A stretch of 62,000 bases of DNA from Vicugna vicugna (lineage: Eukaryota), in contig MU058289.1 of assembly GCA_013265495.1 (NCBI GenBank), forward strand, positions 2,105,451 to 2,167,450, read 5' to 3'. Shown here one piece after another: positions 49,462 to 58,995 of this stretch (position 1 is its first letter; each line of letters opens with the position of its first letter). The notes under the pieces were generated by a model. It made no database searches. It was not told the DNA's origin and saw only the letters and a list, made by a program, of their open reading frames with translations. A program made the position numbers and the translations under genes.

Positions 49462-50162
49462 GTAAGCTCCTGTGTTTCTCTGGGAAAGATTAAAATGTTA
49501 AAATAAAAAACCCCCCAGCAATTTATGACCCTGAGCAAGTAACAGATGAGACGCAGCACCACCACACACAGATTGAGTAGGAATTAGGAGCCGGGCTTCG
49601 GCGTTGTGGGCAAAGAAGATTTTTCTTCCGACTGCGGCCACCTCCCTGGCTCTTGGCAGAGTGTTTGATGGTAATGGTCTTTGATGACTTTTCAGGGTGG
49701 TTTAGTGCCCCATCACTCCACTCTTGGACTTCGTTTCTGCAATTTGCCGGAAACCTTACCAAATAGCCGCTATTGTGACTCTGAAAGCTGCTAGTAAAAC
49801 AGCTTGCCATGTTTATGTGTAAACACTGCCATTATGTCTGTGGTGCTTGGACTGCTGGGTCACGGGATGGTTAAGTGGCTCATAAAGCGTTCTGGAGATC
49901 TCCATCGTCCTTCAGCTCCAATTAGACTGCCAGAAGCCTGGTGTCCCCCAGGGGCCTTCCTCGATGCCCTGCTATGATGGGTGTGGTCTGGCCAGCCCCT
50001 CTGCCCCGCTCCAGGACCCCTGGGTCAGCATGCTCCAGTGGCTCCCTTCCTGCCTATGTCCTAGGGCAGGAAGTCCCCGTTCCAGTGTCTCCCACCAGTG
50101 AGTGCCCCAACTGGAAGCCCCACTGGGGGAGAGGACACCAAAGAGGCTGCCACTTCTCCCCC

Positions 50163-50925
50163 TGTGACATAATAAGAAACGCGAATTTGGTCTCTGCCCC
50201 CAGTTCCTGGCACTAAAACCTTTGAAAATCCCTGAGTGATAGAGAAGAATGTCTGTTGTTATTTGTAATAAACCCCTTTCCACCCAACCTGAGTTTATGC
50301 TAATGAGGGACTCCTGGAGGATGGGGTTGGTTGCCAGAGGAACCAACAAGGTGATTAGAGGGTGGGAATTTTGAGCCCCGCCCCGAACTCCCAGGAGAGG
50401 AGAGGAGAGGATCTAGAGTTTGAGGTTGAGTTCTGACCGAAGATTTAACCAGTCCTGCATCTCAGGAGATAATTGAACTGCCTGGAAGACCCTAAACCAC
50501 AGGGTTTGGAGAGCTTTCGCGTTGGTGAACATGTGGAGGTGCCAGGAGGGTGGAGCATCTGGAGAGGAAGCTCCGTGCCCCTCCCCCATGGTGCCTGTGC
50601 CTCTCTGCCATTGGTTCTCCCTGAGTTGTATCCATCATAATAAAGCGGTAATAGTAAGTAAAGTGTTTTCCTGAGTTCTGTGAGCCATTCTAGCCCGTTA
50701 TGAAACCCAAAGCTGGGTTTCGTGTGAACCCCTGATGAAAGGCCAGTCAGTCAGAGGTAATGGGGGCCCGGACTTGTGATTGGTGCCTTGAAGAGGGGGC
50801 AGTTTTGTGGGACTGGGCCCATAACCTGTGGGGTCTGTCCTAACTCCGGCAGTAAGTGTCAGAGGGAGAATTGGAGAATTGCTTTAGTGTGGAAAACCTA
50901 TACATTTGGTGTCAGAAGTGTTGAG
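50163..50925 (+). mobile_element. ERVL solo LTR (MER21-like)
   Basis: Starts TGTGACATAATAAGAAA; contains cctgagtttatgctaatgag, ggttgccagaggaaccaac, AATAAA at 50639 then gtaagtaaagtgttttcctgagttctgtgagccattctagc, and ends ...catttggtgtcagaagtgttgagt. Confidence 0.8.
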
Positions 50926-51879
50926 TTTTTACCTGGTACCCTCCACCCTGAGCTGTCTGAGCTTGAAGAGGTCTACTGCCCCTTCCCCACCCAGGTCCTC
51001 CCCAGGTACCCCCAGGGCGTGCTCTGCCCCCTCGTCCCCCAGCCTTTCTGACCTGCCTGCCTTAACAGTGCAGGGGAGGGTGAGGTGCGGACGGAGTTGG
51101 CAGTGGGCATCGCGGGCGTGTACAGTCACCAACACGTGGCTCAGGAATAGGTGTCTTTCTCAAAGTCTAGCCCTGATAGGAGTTCTGAACAGGGAGCTTC
51201 TATATTTCTCTGCTCTTAAGAGACGTAAGAGATTGACATGGCCTGGATGGCTCCACTGCCGTGGATTCTCAGAAGGGGGCATGAACGAGGACCCAGCTCT
51301 ATCACGCCCACAGGGGAGGATGGGGATGGGCACGTGGCACCATCCCAGGTCTCGCCTCCCTGTAGTCTCCTGCTGCAGTGCGGTGTCTGCTCTGGGAGTC
51401 CCAGGATCCTGGCCCCACCTCTCCCCCAAAGCGGGACAGGAGGAGTTCTGCAGGGCTGCCAGCAAGGTGGGCTGGGCGGTGGGTCCCTCAGATTGGCACT
51501 GCCCCAGAAACCTGTTCCCAACTGAATTTGCCCATATTCCCCCACAACTGATGCTTCTAATGAAATAACCCAGAAGGTGGAGCAGGACACGCTTGCCCCA
51601 GTATGGAGTCCTGCCATGGGCTGCATTGTGCCCGGCGCTGCAGGAGGTTTAGCTTGGAAGGTGGCTCCTGGGAGGGGCCTGGGCCGTCCTCCCACTCAGT
51701 GTCCCTGAGCCTGACAGGCCTGCGTGTGAGCTCTGGTCCAGGGAACACCACCCCCGGCTCCCTACTGCCCCACCCAAGGTAATGGAGGTCTTTTTTTTTC
51801 TTTTGTTGCAATATTCTAAATAGCTGTCCCCCCACCCCCCGATAGAAGAGAATGATGAATGGCGGAGTCCCCGTCGGGG

Positions 51880-52150
51880 TGTTTTTGTTTAGTTTTGTTT
51901 TGCTGGGAATTTAAAACCAAACCCCAGACATCATGTCATCTCACCTGTAAATGCGTCAGTGGGTGTCTCAGTGGATAAGGATATTTTTTTCCTTCTCACA
52001 TAACCAATGTGTCATTATCACATCTAAGTAATTTAACACCAATCCTTAATATTATCAACGTCTGGTCCACGTTGTCTAAAATTATCTTTTAGAGTTGATT
52101 TGTGTGAGTTGGGATCCAGAGTCTACACATTGCATTTGGCTGTTATTTGG
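51880..52150 (-). mobile_element. L1MC-type 3' UTR fragment
   Basis: ccccagacatcatgtcatctcacc...cattatcacatctaa...acacattgcatttggctgtt. Confidence 0.6.
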
Positions 52151-53371
52151 TGGAGAGTCTCTTGTTAAGCTGAGCTCTGGGGAGATCTTATGTTTGACTA
52201 CAAAACTGCTCAGCCTCTCCCACCACCCCTCATCCCAGGTCGGCCCCACTGCTGCCTCCTCTGAGGACGAGGCTCTCAGAGAAATGATCCTGAGGCTCTC
52301 GGCCAGAAGCAGCTGCCCTGAGTGGCATTAGTCCAGCTCAACGTGCCTGTGTGCACCATTGTGCACCTACTATGTGCCGTGCCCCCCACTGTGGCTGGCA
52401 GAGGGGATACAGAGAGTTCGCAGCACCTGCCCTCGCAGCCTCAGCCCAGCAGGGGGGCCACCTGATCTGTGGGTCCCTGAGAGCTGAGAGCAGGAGGATT
52501 CCTGAGGTGGAGGGTGGAGAGGGGTTTCCCGCCAGGGAAAAGCTGAGGCAGAGATGTTGAGAACAAGAGGTACAATCTCTTCCTGAAGGGTGGGGTGACC
52601 CTTGAGGACAGGCAGTGTCGACCTCCAGAGACAGTGGGAAAACCATTGTCCTGGGACATTGTTGCATCTTGGGGTGTCTCTGGCCAGATTTAAGAAGGAC
52701 ACCCCACCCCCACTGCCAGTGCCAGCCAAAGCCGGGGGGCATCTGCAGTGGCCAGGTGGGCTGATGTCTCTGCGCAGCTCGTTCTCCTCCCCTGGCATGT
52801 CTCTGTCACTGCCCAGGTAGCCGGGCGATGCTGCTCTGTGTCTGCATCCTTGAGAGCCTGGGGGCTTCTTCTTGGAGGCTCCGTCTCATTTATTGGCAGC
52901 ATCCGCCCCATAGTTGCTGCCAGGAAACACGAGCGGGTGGGTTAGATGGATGAACGCAAGAGAGAAGGAAATGTCCCGAACCGTTTTTCTGCTGTCCTCT
53001 CTGCCACTGTGAACTCCAGCATTCTCTTAACCCAGTGGGAAAATGAAATCTCTTCTAAAGCAGGTGGCGGCTCCCCAGGGGGCGTAGCCCTCTTAACACA
53101 GGCTGGACTGATGCCTGGGAAGGCCCAGGGCAGCGACTCCGGTGAGGCCACCAATCCCTGGGTCAGAAGAACTTCTTAGAACCTTTTGGACGTTCTTCGG
53201 GGAGCATGGCCAACTCCAGCCCCACAGAGGGACACAGGACAAGAAGGGCAGGGACTTCCTGTGTCAGGGTGGGGGTGGGGGAGGAGACGGGGCTGATTTT
53301 CTGGAAGGAGGGCGTACCATTGAGATAGTGGTGCTCGGACTCAGACAGGGTCTGCTGACTAGGAGACCTAG

Positions 53372-53534
53372 TTTTTTTGTTTTAAGTTTATTTAGTTATT
53401 TAATTTAATTTTTTTTAAACTTGAAATGGTGGTAATTAGGTTTTTCATTTATTTAGTTAGTTATTTATAAGGAAGTACTGTGGATTGAACATGCTAAGCA
53501 TGTGCCCTACCACTGAGCTATACCCTCCCTCCCC
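53372..53534 (-). mobile_element. tRNA-derived SINE, camelid Vic-1-like (antisense, short internal deletion)
   Basis: Reverse complement reads GGGAGGGTATAGCTCAGTGGTAGGGCACATGCTTAGCAT-GTTCAATCC...; T-rich tail; TSD GAGACCTAGTT / GAGACCCAGTT. Confidence 0.85.
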
Positions 53535-54454
53535 AAGAGACCCAGTTCTAAGCCTCATTTTTTGGTTTTGTTTTGTTCTGTTATCAAAGGTTTGTCTTAA
53601 AATCTTGAGGGCACGTTAGGAAAAAGGAAGTGAGCTGATGGCATTTATTAAGACTCCTCCTTTGTGCGGTGCCCGTGAGCCGGGTTCCAGAGGAAATGAA
53701 AATCATTTTCCACAATTGAGGTGTAGTAAATTGCGTTAAGCCAATAAGACGTTAATGTTTGGGTAAATCGGGCGCTAACAGCATCTGACTGCAGGCCCAA
53801 TCAGGCAGTCCATTTTACCGCCTCGTATTATTTAATGTTAGCGGCATCACTGGCTTGTAGCTGGCTGGCATGGGGCTGGCAGCTGAATCAATTACCTGCA
53901 TACACTAATTTAGAGCATGCTCAATTGGCTGTGTAAGCAGGTCCCGGTTCACATTTGCCACAAGGAGATTAATAACTTGATGTTTTTGACAGTCTGGGAC
54001 CATAATTGAAATCATGCTCGCTCGTTCTCTCTCCAGGCTGTGAATGGGACTTTTCCGGCCCTTTCATGGCAGCTTCCGTGGGGGTTGAGGGAGGCATTTA
54101 ACAGACAGAAGATCTGTGAGGTGTCGTCCTCCTCCCTGGCCTGGGGTCCTTCTGGGCAGACCCCTCTGACCCCATCTGGAGACCCTTGACAAGGCCTGGG
54201 TTTTCCTGTGCTCTGTCATAGGCAGAGCCCACAATAATACTCCCCTGGTTTTTTTCGATCTTTGTTAATGACAAACTGCCAGGTTAGGCTGCTGTGTGCT
54301 CAAAGTCCCCTTGCTTCTTCTCTGCCCTTTGGCCAGATGGAGTGAGTCACAACTCTTGTGTGTTTAGTGTGCCTGCTGGGTCCGGACTGTGGGTGAGGAG
54401 ATGGGGACCCGGCCTGAGGGGCTTCTCCCCAGGCTGGAGGTGGAGGGGTCTTCC

Positions 54455-54580
54455 CCGCACATACACCACCGCACACATACACATCACACACACCTCCCCC
54501 ACCACTTATACCACACACACACACACACACACACCCACGCCCCACACCACGTACGGATACCACACACCACACTGCACACA
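54455..54580. repeat. CA-rich low-complexity tract / (CA)n
   Basis: Includes a pure (CA)n run at ~54512-54534. Confidence 0.85.
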
Positions 54581-56459
54581 GATTCCCTCCCAGCCACGTG
54601 GGGCTGGATCAGGTGGTTGATCTTTCAGTTTACCCGCCCCAGGGAGCAGGTTGCAAAACCCTTGCTGTGTTCTTATTAAACAAGGCCCATATTTTGTTTG
54701 TTTTTTGTTTTTCCTGAGGATTAGAAAATTCAGCTCCAGTGAGGAGAATTGGAAGGTGGGAGAGTTGATGGGAAGCCCCACAGCCCTACTAAGCCGTGGT
54801 GATTGTGGCTACAGAAAGCGCAGGCAGCTGTGGCAGACCTTTTCTGGTCTCTCCTGGCACAGCTGACCCTTGAGCCTACCCTTTACTCTCTGCATCCCCC
54901 CTCACCCCCCTGCTGGTCTGGACCAGCTTCTCTGTCAGATCTGCAGGAGCTGCGTTTCCCACGCTGGGAGACCACTGAGCCTTTGCAGGTTAGCACCCTC
55001 TTCTTTCGCTGTCCATCCCTCGTGGTACACTGTAACCCCTGAGGGGCCGTCTCTCAGAGGCCTGGGCCTGCGTCACCCTCCCCTCACTCTGGGTCTGGCC
55101 CCGGGCTCTCCCTGCCCGGTGCGCTGGGCGTGGTGGTCACACATGGCCCTGTACGTCTGTGGCCACCCCACAAGGCTCATGCTGAGGATCCAGGTTTCGT
55201 TGGTGGTAGATGTCACCGAGAGGCCCTTACTTCCCACCTTCTGGAGGTTCTGGAAATGGACAGCTTCCGGTTACCTGGGATTGGTCCGACCTAATCTGGT
55301 CTCAGCCGAGGCAAGCCTGGACCTCAGTGAGGCCGCCCTCAGTTTACCTACCCAGGCAAGGTGCTAGACTTTTGCTTGGGGCCTCTAGGGCAGGTCTAGG
55401 TCCAGGCAACCTCTGAGACCAGAGCCCCTGGGTAAAAACAGACGTGTTGGAGCCTTGTCCGTGGGCCTGGTCACCGTCTGTGGCCAGTGAGTGCCCTGCT
55501 CTCTCCGCAGCAGACACAGCTCTCACTTACCCTCATTTACCACTTCGAGGGAGGGGGCTGCGGCTGGGCCGCTGAGACCCCCAGGTCTCGATGTGGCGAA
55601 ACCGGCTCTTCGCCTGGTGTTGTGAGGCTGATGCGGGTTTCCTGTCAGCACTTCCTCGGCTGTTGGAGATGGGCCACACACAGCCCACCACGAGAGGGCC
55701 AGGAAACCCCCAGCTGTTTGGTGCACCCCTCAGGAAGGCAGCCCGGGCCCTGCACCCCGCCAGCCACGCCTCAGTGTATTTGAGCCAAGCGCTTTCTGAG
55801 AGTCAGGGCCACACCTGCGGAGAAGTCCTGGGAGCTCTGAGCTACCTCTACCTCGTCCTGGGGCACCAGTACCAGGCAGGGCAGGTCCTGCTCTGTCTAC
55901 AGACCTAACATCAGAGAGTGGAACCGTGAGGTTCGGCAGAGCACAGTGTCTGAGAGTGTAGCTGAGCCTTGAGGCCAGAGAGGCTGTGGGGATCCGTGAC
56001 TTAAAGCTGCGATTGCTCATTCTGCCTCGACAAGTAACTGAGAAATGGGCACATTTGGGGTGCAAACTAGCCTGATATCCAGCGGGAGAGCTGAGCAGAG
56101 AGCCAGAGGGAAGAGCCTCCTGCACACGTGCAGTCTGGTTGGTGCAGCCCTAATTAGAGCTTCTGGGGGCAAAGGAACCAAAATAGGTGTTTTCTTTTCA
56201 GATGCCAGGGGAATTGCCCCTGAGAATCCCATCAAGTAACAGTGGAGCCGGCAGGCATCTTTATAGATTTGCCTCTAGCGTTTCACCATCGAACTTGGTG
56301 CCGACTGTTGATTTTCGATAAATATTTATCATCAGTTTAAGGAAGTACTGTTTTCTCCCTGGCTTACTAGGTAGGAGATTTTATCAGGAAAGGATGTTGA
56401 ATTTTATCTGCTGTATTTTTAGCGTCTCCCTTGGCCTTTTATGTGTGTGTTTTAAGCAA

Positions 56460-57620
56460 TTAATAAATTTTTTACTTTAGAACAGTTTTAGATCATAGAA
56501 AAGTTGCAGGAATATTGCAGACAGTTCTCTTTTTCCCCTTATTGCTAATATGATTATGGTACATTGTCACAACTCATAAACAGTATTGATACATTATTAT
56601 TATCTAAAACCCATACTTTAGCGGGGAAGGGTATAGCTCAATGATAGAATGCACAGAGTGGTAGAGTGTATACTTAGTGTGCATAAGGTCCTGGGTTCAA
56701 TCCCCAGGATTTCCATTAAAAATAAATGAAAGAAATAAATGAACCTAATTATCCCCTGAAAAAAAAAAAAACCCATGCTTTATTCCAGATTCCTTAGCTG
56801 TTACCGAATATCCTTTTTCTGTTCCAGGACCCCACGTTACATTTGGGTGTCTCCTACATTTGGCTCCCCTCGGCTGTGGCCATTTCTCCAGCTTTCCTTG
56901 TTTTCAGTGACCTTAACAGTTTTGAGCAATACGGGTGAGGTGTTTTGTTGACTGTCTTTCAGTTTTCGTTTTTCTGATGTTTTTCTCATGGTTAGACTGG
57001 AGATACGTGTCGCTGGGAGGAGGACCACAGAGGCAGAGTGCCACTTCTATCTCAGGGTATTAAGGGTGCATGTGATCAGCCTTATCTCTTATCACTGATG
57101 TTGGCCTTGGTCACCTGACTGAGGTGGTGTCCGTCAGGATTCTCCACTGCAGACCTGCTCATTTTCCCCCTCCCCGTGTACTCTTCAGAAGGAAGTCCCT
57201 GTACACAGCCCGTGCTGAAGGAGTGGGGACTTAGGCGGGGGGTATCTGCATTCACTATAATTCTTCTGTACGGGTGGTTTGTCTCTTGTCTCCTGTTCAT
57301 TTATTTATCAACCATTTATTTACTTATATCTGTATGGATTTATGGATATGTATTTCATACTTTGGGTTGTAATCCAATTATTATATCATTTTGTTGCTTA
57401 AATCGTTCCAGCTTGGCCACTGGGGGCTCTTTCATTTGACTCCTGACACATCCCATCATTTTGCTTTTTGAGCACTTCCCTACTTTCTGGCCCTGCAGGA
57501 TGCTCCAGGCTCATCTTGTACATCCCTTGCTCCACCCTCGAATCCGCCATTTCCCCAGGGAGCCCTGGTTCCTTTTACTGGAGCATGGTCTTAGATACCA
57601 AGGTTGGGCGCTGGGTGTAC
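56460..57620 (-). mobile_element. L1MC 3' UTR
   Basis: gaaaagttgcag, attgatacattattatta, cctttttctgttccagga, tgatgtttttctcatggttagactgg and ggagccctggttccttttactgga match the recalled L1MC1-4 3' UTR. Confidence 0.8.
56621..56770 (+). mobile_element. tRNA-derived SINE, camelid Vic-1-like, inserted in L1MC
   Basis: GGGTATAGCTCA...GGTCCTGGGTTCAATCCCCAG, A-rich tail; TSD AAAACCCATACTTTA / AAAACCCATGCTTTA. Confidence 0.85.
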
Positions 57621-57729
57621 CATAGGTGAACATTATGGCCAGACTTCCCGGTGCAGGGCCAGCGTGGCATCCCTGGCGCGCCCTGCTTTGTTGTGGTGGG
57701 TTGCTGTTTTAATACACTGCAGGACCGAA

Positions 57730-57940
57730 ATGGAGAGGCAGGATTCTTTAGTAGTTAGGGCACGGTCTTTAGCGACTGGTGACCTGGGTTTGGATCCCAG
57801 CTGTGCCACGTACTGTGCCTCAGTTTCCTCCTCTGGAAGAAAGGATAGTAATAGCACTTCGTAAGACAGTTGGGAGGATTTGGTGAATTACTGTATGTAT
57901 GATGTATAGAACAGGACGTCTAGTAAGCATCATACTGATT
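57730..57940 (+). mobile_element. MIR SINE
   Basis: gacctgggtttggatcccagctgtgccac...ctgtgcctcagtttcctcctctggaa. Confidence 0.75.
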
Positions 57941-58117
57941 GTTTTGATGTTAGTCTTTTTACTAGCATGGGATATAGGCTCAAAATAGGGGATTGAGGTA
58001 TATAATTTTTTTAAACCTCTCTTAGCTATATTGTGAGATCACAGTTTGAGATCATTCATGATTTGGGAAGCTCTCCACTTTCTTCTGTTTTCTGGAACAA
58101 TTTAGAAAGCATAGGGT

Positions 58118-58240
58118 GGGAGGGCGTAGCTCAGTGGTAGAATGTGTGCTTAGCATGCACAAGGTCTTGGGTTCAATCCCTAATACCGCCACTAAAAAAA
58201 GTAAATAAGTAATCTAACTACCACCCCCCCAAAAAAAAAA
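58118..58240 (+). mobile_element. tRNA-derived SINE, camelid Vic-1-like
   Basis: GGGAGGGCGTAGCTCAGTGGTAGAATGTGTGCTTAGCATGCACAAGGTCTTGGGTTCAATCCC, poly(A); TSD-like AAAGCATAGGG / AAACCATGGGG. Confidence 0.85.
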
Positions 58241-58813
58241 CCATGGGGCTGTCTGTCCCTTGAAGGTATAAAGAAGTCTTTTGATACTATCAGAACCTGT
58301 TGTTTCTTTGGGGAAAATTTCTTTGATACCTTTTCAGACTTTCCTATGAGAGAGTTTTATTCCGACTTTGTACCTCTTAGAGTCAGTACAGTACATATTC
58401 CAGGAAAGTTTTTCTCTTCATCAAGGATTTTAAGCTTCTTTAAACCGAGTTATCGATTTTATTCTCTTAAGTTTTAAAAATATCCTCTCTATATCTATAG
58501 TTGTGTTTCCTTTCTCGTTACTAGTATTATGCATTCATGTTCTTTTTCTATTGATGGCATTGCCAGAAGTGTACCAGTTTTACTGGTATTTTCATAAAAT
58601 CAGCTATTAAATGTATTTATTGATTATGCTTGTTTAACTCACAAAGTCCCTGTTTTATTCATTCCTTTCTCCTCCCTTCCTGACCTAGTTCTGAACATCG
58701 ATCTTTTAATGTGCTTAAGTTGAATCTTAGTTTATTTTCATTTTTTTCTTCTTCAATATAAGTGAATTTTAGCTAATATATTTTTGAATGCTGCCTTGAT
58801 CATGTCCTAAGAA

Positions 58814-58995
58814 TTTTTTTTTTTGAGTTATAGTCAGTTTACAATGTTGTGTCAATTTCCAGTGTAGAGCACGGTTTTTCAGTTATACATCAACATACGT
58901 ATATTCATTGCCGCTTTCTTTTTCGCTGTGAGCTACCACAAGATCTTGTATATATTTCCCTGTGCTATACAGTACAATCTTGTTTATCTATTCTG
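58814..58995 (-). mobile_element. Young 5'-truncated L1 3' end
   Basis: poly(T) then gagttatagtcagtttacaatgttgtgtcaatttccagtgtagagc...ccctgtgctatacagta; same class as the element at 40090. Confidence 0.8.
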
